A stretch of 64,000 bases of DNA from a virus (Duplodnaviria; Caudoviricetes). Positions 37,588 to 47,478 of this stretch are shown here, piece by piece (position 1 is the stretch's first letter; each line of letters begins with the position of its first letter). A program made the position numbers and the translations under genes. A model generated the notes under the pieces. That model was not told the origin of the DNA. It did no database searches and saw only the letters and a program-made list of their open reading frames with translations. The stretch lies in the IMG/VR virus record IMGVR_UViG_3300046739_000039, positions 32,001 to 96,000 of that record; one strand, written 5' to 3'.

Positions 37588-39149
37588 CTTTTAAGGGCGA
37601 ATTACGCGAGTATCAAGAACAAGCCAAGGGTCTTATCACACAACGTGGTAAGGCCCTATTGGCGTTGGACTTGGGTACCGGAAAGACGGTAGTATCTATA
37701 GCAGCAATAGAAGAACTAAGAGCGAGAGGTGATGTCCAATGTTCCCTTCTGATTATGAGCAGCAGTTTGACAGTTCAGTGGAAGGAAAGAATCGAGCAAT
37801 TCACGGACGAACAGTCAATCCTAGTGGTGGATGGATCATTGTCCCCTGCGAAGAGGCAGGATGCTTATTCTGCATGTCTCCAGAACCGCCCAGCGTACCT
37901 GATAATGGGGATTCGCCAAGTAGTTAAGGATCTGGATTTCGTATTGAAGTTAAAACCTGAATTGGTATTAGTAGATGAAGTAACATCTATTAAGAATTTC
38001 GGTACACAACAAACAAAAGCAATTAAGAAACTAAAAGCACCATTCAGAGTAGGACTTACTGCTGAGCCTGTAGAGAATGGAAAAGCAGAAGAACTATTCT
38101 CTATCATGCAATGGATTGATGATTCAGTCCTAGGTAATTGGCAATACTTTGAAGAGAATTATATTATCCGTAATGCCTTTAATATCATTACAGGATATAG
38201 AAACATACCCGAATTAAACGCACGACTAATGACAGCTTGTGTCTCAAAGAGGAGAGACGATCCTGACGTTGCGTCATTCATGCCAACTGTAGAAGAATAC
38301 AACGTACGCGTGGAGATGGACGATGAAACAAAATCACTTTACGACAGAATCGCAAAGGAACTCCTATACGAACTCTACAGTGCTGGTCCCTCAGTCAGTA
38401 AAGACCTTGCGCGATACTATGCAGGGGAAAAGAGTGACGACAACTCCAGCATGGGAGCTATCACCGGAAGGCTTCTCGCGTTACATCTCCTCTTGGATGA
38501 CCCAACACTCCTAGAAGCCTCTGCACGGTCGTATGAGGACCCTACAGACCCCAGAGGGTCCAAGTATGCGCACTCCCTCTTAGAGGACGGGAGACTGCCC
38601 GCTGAGGGCTTCCACGGGGCAAAGCTAGAGGCATGTCTAGAGCTGGTGACGGAGTACCTGGAAGAGGACCCCCGACACAAGATCATTGTGTTCGCTAGAT
38701 TCAGAGGAGTCCTGCCTTTACTGGCCAAGGGACTTGACAAGTATGGTTCAGTACTATTTCATGGAGGCTTGAATGGAAGACAGCGCGGCGAAGCTATTGA
38801 GCGGTTCACGAACGCAGATGATGTACGCTTGTTCCTGTCCTCCGACGCAGGAGGATATGGAGTTGATCTCTATGCAGCTAGCCACCTGGTTAACTATGAC
38901 TTGCCGCACTCTTCTGGTACCTTCAAACAGCGAAATGGTCGTCACGTTCGAGCTAGTTCAGTATTCCGAAATGTCTTTATCGACAATCTCATTGTCGCTG
39001 GAACTATTGAGGAATACCAGCTCTCAAGGCTGAACTACAAGGCTCGTGTAAGCCGTGGCGTGCTGACTGGAATGTCAGACCCTGATGGTAGAGTAACTAA
39101 TGAAGCAAAAAATCTCACACAATTTCTGAAAAACTACTTTGGAGAATAG
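37584..39149 (+). CDS. SNF2-family DNA helicase
   Basis: LDLGTGKT, LVDE, GLTAEP, AGGYGVDL and QRNGR. Confidence 0.92.
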   Translation: MTFKGELREYQEQAKGLITQRGKALLALDLGTGKTVVSIAAIEELRARGDVQCSLLIMSSSLTVQWKERIEQFTDEQSILVVDGSLSPAKRQDAYSACLQNRPAYLIMGIRQVVKDLDFVLKLKPELVLVDEVTSIKNFGTQQTKAIKKLKAPFRVGLTAEPVENGKAEELFSIMQWIDDSVLGNWQYFEENYIIRNAFNIITGYRNIPELNARLMTACVSKRRDDPDVASFMPTVEEYNVRVEMDDETKSLYDRIAKELLYELYSAGPSVSKDLARYYAGEKSDDNSSMGAITGRLLALHLLLDDPTLLEASARSYEDPTDPRGSKYAHSLLEDGRLPAEGFHGAKLEACLELVTEYLEEDPRHKIIVFARFRGVLPLLAKGLDKYGSVLFHGGLNGRQRGEAIERFTNADDVRLFLSSDAGGYGVDLYAASHLVNYDLPHSSGTFKQRNGRHVRASSVFRNVFIDNLIVAGTIEEYQLSRLNYKARVSRGVLTGMSDPDGRVTNEAKNLTQFLKNYFGE

Positions 39150-39719
39150 ATGTCCAATTTCCTTAAGGGACTTCAGTACCGAGAGCGCAAGCATGAACTG
39201 CCTACGTTTCATGATGAAGGCTTTACCGCCTGGAAAGATGTGACGGACGAGACCACGTTCCACACGGGAACTCAGTTCCGGCTAGTTCCTGCGTATGTTT
39301 ACGTGGTCACTGATAGTACTGATGTAGTTGTGGATTCCTACGACACAAAGACCGCAGCCATGTCCAAGGTAGCTTCCATGGTTGATACAGACCTTTTTGC
39401 TGCTATTCGCCGCGAGGAAAAGACTTCTCCAGGTATTAGTACATGGCTGGGTGACAACAACATTCAGTACAAGCTTGTCGGTCACAACTCTTGGTCTCAT
39501 GGCCAGTACTTTGCTCCTAGCACTACCGCTAATGGTCGTGTTAAGTTCCGTGTGCGTCCCGATCATTTCTTTGATGTCACCGTTCAGACTGGAATTGCTC
39601 AATCTACAATTACATTTGATGATGTAGATGAGGTGGACGAGTACGTTTCTCGTCAGCTCCGCACTTCCCAGAACACTATCTCTATTAATAGGAGAGCATA
39701 TGGAATTACCCATCTCTGA
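39150..39719 (+). CDS. Hypothetical protein
   Basis: 189 aa; RBS GGAG. Confidence 0.7.
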   Translation: MSNFLKGLQYRERKHELPTFHDEGFTAWKDVTDETTFHTGTQFRLVPAYVYVVTDSTDVVVDSYDTKTAAMSKVASMVDTDLFAAIRREEKTSPGISTWLGDNNIQYKLVGHNSWSHGQYFAPSTTANGRVKFRVRPDHFFDVTVQTGIAQSTITFDDVDEVDEYVSRQLRTSQNTISINRRAYGITHL

Positions 39720-40170
39720 CACATCTATCAAGGCCAAGGTAGCAGCGTATCTCTTGCTCAATCAGGAGATCGCTGATAGAAAGGCTCTGCAAGAAAACCT
39801 CAAGCGTGAGCTGGACCCTTACCTACGTGAGGCAGACACTAACGCTAGAGGCTCACATGTGATACCGTTCGCGGAGCCTTTGAAGGTCAACGGCAAGGAG
39901 TACGCTAGCTTGCAGAAGACCAAGAAAGTCAGTAAGGTTCTCAATGAACAGCGCGTCATTGACTTCCTGATGGAGCGTGCTAACAGCGACGACGATCACT
40001 GGATGGGCTGGGACGATCTTGTCTCAAATTCTGGTGTGATCGTGACTGTACAACACGTAGATCAGGATGTACTGTGGGACTTGTTCGTGCAAGACATGAT
40101 CAGCCAAGAGGAGCTTGACAGCTTCTTCGATGTTTCGGTATCGTGGAGCTTCAACCCCACCAAGGTATAA
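39700..40170 (+). CDS. Hypothetical protein (coiled-coil N-terminus)
   Basis: ATG 39700 after AGGAG. Confidence 0.7.
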   Translation: MELPISDTSIKAKVAAYLLLNQEIADRKALQENLKRELDPYLREADTNARGSHVIPFAEPLKVNGKEYASLQKTKKVSKVLNEQRVIDFLMERANSDDDHWMGWDDLVSNSGVIVTVQHVDQDVLWDLFVQDMISQEELDSFFDVSVSWSFNPTKV

Positions 40171-40188
40171 CTCACAAAGGAGAATAAA

Positions 40189-40560
40189 GTGCAGAAGACT
40201 GTTGCTAAGGCGTTTGCGTCGGTTGCTTTCATGGCCATGGCAGGATTCGGTGTTACCGCTTGCGGTAATGACCCCGGTTATGTCGACAATGGTTATGACC
40301 AGGTGTGGGACCACGGACACTACGTGTACGTTCCTCACTCCTACTACCTCAGTCACAAGAGCCAGTACCGTAACAGTGCACATCCTGTGCGTCACCGTAG
40401 CAGCAGCTACGTCACTACGCACCACGTGAAGGTTACGCACCGTACTACCACCACCGTTAACAAGGATGGTTCTCGTACCACTACGCGTCACACCACCACT
40501 CGCCGTACTACTCGTAAGTCCAGCGGATTCGGTGGTAGCCGCAGTACTCGTCGTCGCTAG
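40189..40560 (+). CDS. Putative lipoprotein with His/Tyr-rich core and Arg/Thr-rich tail
   Basis: Signal peptide with lipobox VTAC; RBS AAGGAG. Confidence 0.7.
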   Translation: MQKTVAKAFASVAFMAMAGFGVTACGNDPGYVDNGYDQVWDHGHYVYVPHSYYLSHKSQYRNSAHPVRHRSSSYVTTHHVKVTHRTTTTVNKDGSRTTTRHTTTRRTTRKSSGFGGSRSTRRR

Positions 40561-40621
40561 TACGCTTTAGTTCTTCTCCCCGAAAGGGGAGAGGTTCTAT
40601 GGATTACTAGAGAGGAAAAGA

Positions 40622-40915
40622 ATGGCATTCGTTACACGCAAGTTCACTGTAGAGGAGCTAGAGGAGAAGTATGATCTCCCCTGGAATCCTATCTATGAGG
40701 AGACTATTGACAAGCGCCGTTGGTATTCTGTAGTTGAACTAGTATTCAAGGCTGACGATGGCCTCCATTACACGGTTTACTACATGGACCCGGCTACTGA
40801 AATGCAGGATGGGCAGGATCGTTGGGAAGATTCCCGAGGCTATGTTGAGGGTATTCAAGTAGAGCCTGTTGAAGTAGTAACCGTAAAGTGGGAGGCAGTT
40901 AAGTGTTTGAAGTAG
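40622..40915 (+). CDS. Hypothetical protein
   Basis: RRW...ATEMQ...VEPVEV motif of a common phage family. Confidence 0.75.
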   Translation: MAFVTRKFTVEELEEKYDLPWNPIYEETIDKRRWYSVVELVFKADDGLHYTVYYMDPATEMQDGQDRWEDSRGYVEGIQVEPVEVVTVKWEAVKCLK

Positions 40916-41166
40916 GACAGATTCTCACTAATGATTTTGAGGTCAGCCGCAATGCTGTAACCATTGAAATCAAGGCTACATGGATTGATGATGACGATGC
41001 AGAGGTTTATTACGTCGTTAAGTGCATCGATGTGGCGCGGGATCACGAGCACAACATGTTCAGCTCCTGGTACTACGATGATGAAGTCGATCTGGTAAGT
41101 GAAGCGCACCTGGATAAGTACTACAACATTGTGGAAAGGAGTCAGACAGGTGAGAGTTCGTGTTGA
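40903..41166 (+). CDS. Hypothetical protein
   Basis: RBS GGAGG; GTG start. Confidence 0.65.
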   Translation: MFEVGQILTNDFEVSRNAVTIEIKATWIDDDDAEVYYVVKCIDVARDHEHNMFSSWYYDDEVDLVSEAHLDKYYNIVERSQTGESSC

Positions 41167-41323
41167 TTTCGAAATTCCTTCTCTTTATATTGATCTCACT
41201 CCTGCGCAGGTTGAAGCGCTTGATGACGAGTTCGATTGGCAGCCGTTTATTGACGCTACTTACAACGAACTTGAAAGTCACCTGATGGGTGAATTCGTTA
41301 TCGATGATGTGGTTGAGTATTAA
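41150..41323 (+). CDS. Small acidic hypothetical protein
   Basis: GTG 41150 after AAGGAG. Confidence 0.6.
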   Translation: MRVRVDFEIPSLYIDLTPAQVEALDDEFDWQPFIDATYNELESHLMGEFVIDDVVEY

Positions 41324-41730
41324 TGCCTTATAAACGACCACCTGCCCCAGAAGGTATGCATTGGTGTTTAGGCTGTAAAGACTTTAAGCCAGTGGATACC
41401 TTCTGGAAGCATAAAAAAGGTAATAATGGATTATGTGGTAGCTGTAAAGACTGCATGTCTAAGCAACATAGTTCAAACAGATCAGCAATGAGACATAGAG
41501 CTAAGAAAGTTTACGGACTTACATTAGAAGATTACGATGCGCTAAAGGCTCGTTCTAATTTTTGTCCATTGTGTAATTCAGCAGAAGAGTTACACCTAGA
41601 TCATAATGATCAGACGGGTGTCGTACGCGAATTCATTTGTGGTAAGTGTAATAGAGGTCTAGGATTATTTAATCATGATCCTGAATTGTTGCGTGCGGCT
41701 GCTAGGTATATGGAGGCACATAATCAATAG
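41323..41730 (+). CDS. Endonuclease VII-like (HNH) free-standing endonuclease
   Basis: YGLT...CPLC...LDH.....VR..IC..CNRGLG; N-terminal C..C Zn ribbon; AT-richer than its neighbours. Confidence 0.88.
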   Translation: MPYKRPPAPEGMHWCLGCKDFKPVDTFWKHKKGNNGLCGSCKDCMSKQHSSNRSAMRHRAKKVYGLTLEDYDALKARSNFCPLCNSAEELHLDHNDQTGVVREFICGKCNRGLGLFNHDPELLRAAARYMEAHNQ

Positions 41731-42100
41731 TTTTTATCATGCTCAGTCTGCTGCTCATAAATGGGGCGGGACATGGGAAGATTACATGGAGATCGAATCT
41801 TTTATTGACTCGTCTAAGAAGACGTTTGGTGATTATCGTCATCGCGCTATGTACCATCACACCCTAGGTGTTTATCTGTGTGAGGATCTATTCGGTAAGA
41901 CTATTTCTATCCAGAAGAACACCAAGACAATTCAAGTGCCTGTTCGTCTTATCGCAGAGCGGCACATTGTAGAGGATCTGGGATTCCTTCCTAGTCCTGA
42001 GCACTATCTAAAGCACATTCCCCATGACGACAACGCAACTCGTTGGATGTCCGGATCAATCCGTAAAGAGGTAGGAAACTTTAATGACGTCTTTAAATAA
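41675..42100 (+). CDS. DUF6915-like His-rich protein (start uncertain)
   Basis: HAQS...KWGG..EDY...IDSSK...HRA.YHH..G....E..FG...AERH..EDLG..P. Confidence 0.7.
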   Translation: MILNCCVRLLGIWRHIINSFYHAQSAAHKWGGTWEDYMEIESFIDSSKKTFGDYRHRAMYHHTLGVYLCEDLFGKTISIQKNTKTIQVPVRLIAERHIVEDLGFLPSPEHYLKHIPHDDNATRWMSGSIRKEVGNFNDVFK

Positions 42101-42575
42101 GGATGACAAGACCTTTATGGGCTTGCCCATTGAGGGTGACACAGGCTATCGTTGGGCGCGTACTCCGCAAGAGCCCGTTGAGAATCTGTACAACGATCTC
42201 AAGGCAGCCTTTGATGCTGGTGTAGTGGGTATTATGTGGGAACAGTACACGCCCGCCTGGAACGACGGAGAGGCTTGTGAGTTCTCCGTACGGGACCCCA
42301 AGGTGACAACCAATGCTATCGTTGCTGATGCATGGCTAGACGGTACTGAGCCTGACTTGTCTCTTGCCTATCCCGAAGAGGATTTTGGTGAGTATGATGA
42401 GTACATGTACGAGCAGTGGAGCGACCACCCGGACGGTAAGCACGTAAACGACATCAGTGTTCCGGTAGATGCTGCTAAGTACGAGGATGCTCTACGTAGT
42501 AAGTTCGGAAACAACATCAAGGTCATTGTTACGCCTGGGCGCGTAGTAACAGAGGAATATGATTGCGGGTACTAA
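42084..42575 (+). CDS. Conserved acidic phage protein (partner of the DUF6915-like gene)
   Basis: W.QYTP..NDG..CEF and FG....V.V......EEY motifs. Confidence 0.7.
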   Translation: MTSLNKDDKTFMGLPIEGDTGYRWARTPQEPVENLYNDLKAAFDAGVVGIMWEQYTPAWNDGEACEFSVRDPKVTTNAIVADAWLDGTEPDLSLAYPEEDFGEYDEYMYEQWSDHPDGKHVNDISVPVDAAKYEDALRSKFGNNIKVIVTPGRVVTEEYDCGY

Positions 42576-43007
42576 TTGGCATCTGACCAAATCGAAAGAT
42601 TTCTAAAGACATTTCCAGGTTCTCAAGTACCATTGCTCTTTGAGCAGATGAATATGGTGCAGGAGAAAGAGACTGAGAAGTGGGATGCCAAGCCCTTTAT
42701 CTTTCTGGTCGGTGGAAAAGAGAAAGAGTTCTTTTCCATCGGCCAGTTGGGTAAGGCCCTAGGTAGCAGGTCAGCAGTGACCTTGCGCAAGTGGGAGCGG
42801 GAGGGTATCCTACCTAAGTCCCCATACACCAAGCCCTCCGCAGATCCACGGGGTAGACGGAGAATGTACACACGTGCTATGGTTGAGGGACTAGTCAAGA
42901 TCGCAAAGGAAGAGGGAGTATGGCTGCCAGACAAAGGAAAGCGCCTGTCGGAGACGATGTTTCAGCAGAAGGCACTGACACTGTTTCAGAACCTCTTGCA
43001 GACGTAG
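42576..43007 (+). CDS. MerR-like helix-turn-helix DNA-binding protein
   Basis: FSIGQL..ALG...TLRKWEREG.LP...RRMYT. Confidence 0.85.
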   Translation: MASDQIERFLKTFPGSQVPLLFEQMNMVQEKETEKWDAKPFIFLVGGKEKEFFSIGQLGKALGSRSAVTLRKWEREGILPKSPYTKPSADPRGRRRMYTRAMVEGLVKIAKEEGVWLPDKGKRLSETMFQQKALTLFQNLLQT

Positions 43008-43276
43008 TACCGCTGGACAAGATGACAGTCCTTCCGATTGGTGATACGCTTGAGATCACATACTCTCGTAGCTGGGACCTTGCGGTTGTCCAGTATGAGA
43101 AGATGTCACTCTTCACCAGCATTAAGAAGGTTGTACCTCTGGACGCTGATCTAGAGGCTGTAGGAACTGAGATCTCTGATAGACTTAACGAGATTCAGGG
43201 AGCTGACCTTAGTTGGGCACGCTCCATGTGTACAAACCGGGGATCGCTTATTACTAAGATCATCCCCAACCCGTAA
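42920..43276 (+). CDS. Hypothetical protein
   Basis: RBS GAGGGAG; overlaps the upstream gene. Confidence 0.55.
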   Translation: MAARQRKAPVGDDVSAEGTDTVSEPLADVVPLDKMTVLPIGDTLEITYSRSWDLAVVQYEKMSLFTSIKKVVPLDADLEAVGTEISDRLNEIQGADLSWARSMCTNRGSLITKIIPNP

Positions 43277-43327
43277 TAACCCTTTCTAATATGCCTAAGT
43301 GCATTCTTATAAGGAGCTAATAAATAT

Positions 43328-44110
43328 ATGGCTAAGATTTCCCGTACTCGCGCCACCACTGATGTTGACACGTCCAACATGGATGTTCCGCACGATGTAG
43401 AGCGTGAGGCTTACAACACTGAGAAGGAAGACGCTCCTTCTCGTCCCGCTCGCACGGCTACTTCCTCTGCCGTATCTTCTGGTTGGGGTGCCAAGCAGGA
43501 AGAGCGCACTGAGACTGTCAAGGCTCCGATTCTGAAGCTGAAGGACAACGGTACTCGTATCCTCAAGCTTCTCGATGCGGCTCCGCCTGTCAAGTACAAG
43601 CGTCACTACATCAACTCTAAGAAGCGTTACTACACCTGCCTCCGTGAGGAGTGCCCGCTGTGCGCTCTGACTCCGCCTGCTGGTCGTAAGAAGCTCCGCG
43701 CTTCCTGGACCTTTGTCATGAATGTTGTTGACATGGCGGATGATCCCACCGAAGTTAAGACCTGGACCTTTGGAACTGAGGTTTCTTCTCAGCTCCAGCA
43801 GCTTGCCGAGGATAAGTCCGAAACTCCTGAGAAGGCAAAGACCTTCCTCAGTGACAGCGGTTCTTACTTTGAGGTAAAGCACATCAAGGTTGCTGGTCGT
43901 GAGGCTCCTGGTACTAACGTGGCGTTCCTTCGCTCCCGTTACCTGATTGAAGAGCACTCCCTTGAGCCTCTGAATGAGGAAGAGCTTTACGATCTCGAAG
44001 AGGAGAAGTTCGGACCTGAGGTTGTGTACGTCAACACCCTTGACTACCTTGAGGATGTGGCATCTGAAGTTCAGACCACTGACTTCCAGGTTGGTACCAC
44101 CCGAAGCTAA
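43328..44110 (+). CDS. Single-stranded DNA-binding protein (gp32-like)
   Basis: H...C....CPLC Zn site; acidic C-terminal part; strong codon bias; before DNA polymerase. Confidence 0.75.
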   Translation: MAKISRTRATTDVDTSNMDVPHDVEREAYNTEKEDAPSRPARTATSSAVSSGWGAKQEERTETVKAPILKLKDNGTRILKLLDAAPPVKYKRHYINSKKRYYTCLREECPLCALTPPAGRKKLRASWTFVMNVVDMADDPTEVKTWTFGTEVSSQLQQLAEDKSETPEKAKTFLSDSGSYFEVKHIKVAGREAPGTNVAFLRSRYLIEEHSLEPLNEEELYDLEEEKFGPEVVYVNTLDYLEDVASEVQTTDFQVGTTRS

Positions 44111-44113
44111 GGC

Positions 44114-44170
44114 TTGACCACTGAAGGCCCTGACTGGTAGATTACAACTCCAGTCAGGGCCTTTCTACTT
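44114..44170 (+). promoter_or_regulatory. Promoter overlapped by a 14-bp terminator-like hairpin
   Basis: TTGACC-N18-TAGATT; AAGGCCCTGACTGG / CCAGTCAGGGCCTT stem with the -10 box in the loop. Confidence 0.7.
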
Positions 44171-44181
44171 AGGAGGACACA

Positions 44182-44439
44182 GTGCCCGAAGGTATTTGGA
44201 TGATCAGGTACTACACCTATGATGGTTGTTCGCGCCATGATCAGCATGATGTACAGTTTGCCTGGGAGTATGAGACTGCCAAGGGTAAGCTTGACGAATG
44301 GTATAAGAAGGGCAAGCTTGATGGCTTTGAGTGGGAGTTTGACGGTAAAAACGACCACATTCTCATAAAGCGAGAGGGTCAGTACGGATTCTCCTATTAC
44401 TTCATCGAGTTCCTGGCACCTGGAGAGGATATTGATTAA
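44182..44439 (+). CDS. Hypothetical protein
   Basis: RBS AGGAGG; coupled to polA by TAATG. Confidence 0.65.
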   Translation: MPEGIWMIRYYTYDGCSRHDQHDVQFAWEYETAKGKLDEWYKKGKLDGFEWEFDGKNDHILIKREGQYGFSYYFIEFLAPGEDID

Positions 44440-46478
44440 TGGAAGGCGTAATCCTTACAGCAGAACAGCTTAGGAAGGAAGTCGAATACTTCCTTAAGCA
44501 GGACGCTTTTTCTTTCGACGTTGAATCTATGAACGGTGCGCTGCCTAATACTCGTGCTGTTCCTACTCAGAATAGCGTGGTATGGATTGCTCTTTCTACC
44601 TATGGTCGTACCATTGCTATTCCGATGGGACATCCTAATGGTGATGTACTTCTCCAGAAGGCATATCGTAAGAAAGATCCTGAGACAAAGAAGTTTGTCA
44701 GCTATCCCAATATCTATGACGAACCACCTGAGCAGCTAAAGCCTAGTGTGGTATTCGAAATTCTGCGTCCGTTGTTCTTCAATCCATTCATTACGAAAAT
44801 TGCTCACAACGAGACGTTCGATGTTATCTCCATTGCTAAATACTACGACAAGATTATTCCTGGTCCTTTCCAGGATACGATTGTGCAACAGTGGCTGTTG
44901 GATGAGAACATTGGGCAGATGGCATCTGGACCTAAGCGTCCATTCGGTAAGGGTCTGAAGACTCTCATCAAGTGGTACTACGAGGTTGACTATGATAAGG
45001 ATGACGTAGGTAAGTGCATTGAGGCTCACCCGTTCTCATCTATCGCCCGGTACATCATGCTTGACGCTAGGTATGACTGGATGCTGTGGAGGAAGTTCTC
45101 CCCGAAGCTCCAGGAAGAGGCTCTAGGGCCCATCTCAGCGCTTGAAAACCAGGTGACGGAAGTCTGTAGCCAGATGGGCATGATCGGCGCCCCTGTGGAC
45201 GTACAGGCGATTGAGGAGCTGAAGGTAGACCTCACTCGCAGGCTGGAAGTCATCGAAGCAAAGATCTATCGTGCTGCTGGTAAAGTATTCAACATTAACT
45301 CCAATATTCAGAAGCGCGATATTCTATTCGGTAAGAAGAAAGACGGAGGGCAAGCACTAAAGCCTATTAAGTTCTCCAAGAAAACCGGAGACCCTTCTAC
45401 TGACGCAGAAACTCTTGAGAAGTATGTTGGAAACCCTGTAGTGGATGCCCTCCTGGAATACCAGGAGATGTCTAAGATTCTCAATACATATGTCATCGGT
45501 TATATTGGTGATGAGGAGAATGGAAAACCCTGTCGTATCTTTGACGGGCGCATTCACACTGATCTGGTTCAGTACGGTACTGTTACTGGTCGATTCTCTT
45601 CAAGGGAACCGAACCTTCAGAACATTCCCAGACCTGATACAGATTTGGGTAAGAAGATCCGTGGTTTGTTCATGGCTCCGGTAGGGTATAGACTTCTCGT
45701 AGCTGACTATGGTCAGATGGAGCTTCGTATTCTGGCATCCATGATTGGCTATGGTGGTCTGTACGATGGTTTCCAGGCAGGGATTGACGCGCACACTCAG
45801 ACAGCAGCGCTTGTCTACGGTGTACCTGTTGAAGAGGTAGAGAAATGGCAGAGAAGTGTTGCCAAGACTCTGAACTTTGCTATTGTTTATGGTGCTCAGA
45901 AGGCAAAGATTGCAAAGACTCTTAACATCACTGTTGAAGAGGCTGAGGAACTGCTGGAGAATCACCGTAATGCATTCCCTGAAATCTATAAGTTCAAGGA
46001 TTACATTCTCAAGCTTGCCAAGGGTCGCAAGACTGACCCTCACGTTCGTACCCTCATGGGGCGCAAGCGTCGGGTGTGGGAAGTTCTTCCTGAGGTAGCA
46101 CGCAAGGAAGCTTCACGTCTTGAGTGGTACGATCCTTCACAGCCGTGGAGGGCAGAGCGTTCCATCCTCGCACGTGGTGAGCGTCAGGTTATCAACTCCC
46201 TGGTTCAGGGAAGCCTTGGCGATATCATCAAGCTTGCAATGGTACGGATGCATAGGCTACTATCAGAAGATGCACTGAAGAATCCAGGTCGAGAGATCCA
46301 TATGATTCTTTCGGTACACGATGAGCTTGTTATCCTCTGTCCTGAAGACAGAACAGAGGAAGGTTCAGCAATGCTTAAGGAAGCTATGCTAGGTACTGAG
46401 GTTCAGGATCTTGTCAAGGTTCCTCTGGACGTTGGCGACGTCGTTGTCTGTCAGCGCTGGAGTGAGGCAAAGGAGTGA
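44439..46478 (+). CDS. polA: DNA polymerase I (family A; 3'-5' exonuclease + polymerase)
   Basis: FDVES, AHN, TGRFSSREPNLQNIP, ADYGQMELR, AKTLNFAIVYG and VHDE. Confidence 0.97.
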   Translation: MEGVILTAEQLRKEVEYFLKQDAFSFDVESMNGALPNTRAVPTQNSVVWIALSTYGRTIAIPMGHPNGDVLLQKAYRKKDPETKKFVSYPNIYDEPPEQLKPSVVFEILRPLFFNPFITKIAHNETFDVISIAKYYDKIIPGPFQDTIVQQWLLDENIGQMASGPKRPFGKGLKTLIKWYYEVDYDKDDVGKCIEAHPFSSIARYIMLDARYDWMLWRKFSPKLQEEALGPISALENQVTEVCSQMGMIGAPVDVQAIEELKVDLTRRLEVIEAKIYRAAGKVFNINSNIQKRDILFGKKKDGGQALKPIKFSKKTGDPSTDAETLEKYVGNPVVDALLEYQEMSKILNTYVIGYIGDEENGKPCRIFDGRIHTDLVQYGTVTGRFSSREPNLQNIPRPDTDLGKKIRGLFMAPVGYRLLVADYGQMELRILASMIGYGGLYDGFQAGIDAHTQTAALVYGVPVEEVEKWQRSVAKTLNFAIVYGAQKAKIAKTLNITVEEAEELLENHRNAFPEIYKFKDYILKLAKGRKTDPHVRTLMGRKRRVWEVLPEVARKEASRLEWYDPSQPWRAERSILARGERQVINSLVQGSLGDIIKLAMVRMHRLLSEDALKNPGREIHMILSVHDELVILCPEDRTEEGSAMLKEAMLGTEVQDLVKVPLDVGDVVVCQRWSEAKE

Positions 46479-46482
46479 CGAG

Positions 46483-46629
46483 ATGCATCGTCAACCAGCT
46501 AGCCCCAATAAACCCTGCAAGGTAACCATGAATGGCGCCCACCAATGGGCTAGTCTTAGAACTAGAGAGTGGCGTAAGAGCACGGTTACCATGTGTTGGA
46601 TTTGCGGAGCTAGAAAAGCAAAGGAGTAA
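46483..46629 (+). CDS. Small CHCC zinc-binding protein
   Basis: MHRQ...C......H.W.......CWICG; RBS AAGGAG. Confidence 0.55.
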   Translation: MHRQPASPNKPCKVTMNGAHQWASLRTREWRKSTVTMCWICGARKAKE

Positions 46630-46630
46630 T

Positions 46631-47074
46631 ATGTTAGATCCGTTTGAAGAGGTTTCGCCTGTCGCACCTATGGACCCGTGGCAGGCGCTAACCACTGAGC
46701 TTTCCCGCTCAATGATGTGGGACATGATTGGTCCTACTCGCATGCACAATGAGCCGGTTAGGTATGGTCAACAGCCTGCCAGTCCTGATGTCCTTGAGGC
46801 AGAGGGTAAAGAGATGTGGGCGCGCAAGCATTCCATGCTCCCCTTTGGTATGGACTTCTCTTTGCTGTGTTATATGGCAGCGGAATCTGCATCCCTAGCA
46901 CTGATAAAGAATGACGATACACTCAGCGAATTGCCTGATGAAGAAAAGCTCAAATTCAGGATTCATAATGTGAAATTGGGAACAGCTATTGCAGAAACAG
47001 TTGTCTCTCATATGCTACAAAAGGGACTAATACAATACGGAGAAGTAGATGAGTTTTTGGGCGAACAAACTTAA
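46631..47074 (+). CDS. Hypothetical protein
   Basis: ATG 46631 after AAGGAG. Confidence 0.7.
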   Translation: MLDPFEEVSPVAPMDPWQALTTELSRSMMWDMIGPTRMHNEPVRYGQQPASPDVLEAEGKEMWARKHSMLPFGMDFSLLCYMAAESASLALIKNDDTLSELPDEEKLKFRIHNVKLGTAIAETVVSHMLQKGLIQYGEVDEFLGEQT

Positions 47075-47450
47075 TGGTGAACAAGTAAAGCCGACTACAC
47101 CCCCTTCAAGGGATTTATATCCGGTCTACAACTCACCCAATATACCCCCAGTAACTCCACAAGCTCAGAGTATCCCTAACCAGGAGTACACACCCAGCGT
47201 CCGCCTTAAGGAAGGTGGGCGCTGTCCTGGCTGTGGGAGTGATAAGTACATGACACACGGATCATATGCTATCGCTTGTGGAGAATGCGGATACCATCCG
47301 CGCTTTGAACAGTCTGGTTATGGAGAGAGAAGTCTCCAGACAAAGCCAGGAGAAGCAACAGCAGCACGTCAGGCTGGAGACAGTCAGACTATGCAGAGTG
47401 CTATTGCCACCCTTAATGCGGGTGGCGGAGACCATATCGGAAATATATAA
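47049..47450 (+). CDS. Zn-ribbon hypothetical protein
   Basis: CPGCGS...CGECGY..RF.QSG. Confidence 0.75.
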   Translation: MSFWANKLNGEQVKPTTPPSRDLYPVYNSPNIPPVTPQAQSIPNQEYTPSVRLKEGGRCPGCGSDKYMTHGSYAIACGECGYHPRFEQSGYGERSLQTKPGEATAARQAGDSQTMQSAIATLNAGGGDHIGNI

Positions 47451-47478
47451 ACCACTCATCCCAGCGGAGTAATATAAC

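Noticed and set aside
41323-41730. Group I intron carrying the endonuclease VII ORF
   Set aside because: The ORF abuts or overlaps both neighbours, leaving no room for intron core structure, and no gene appears split.
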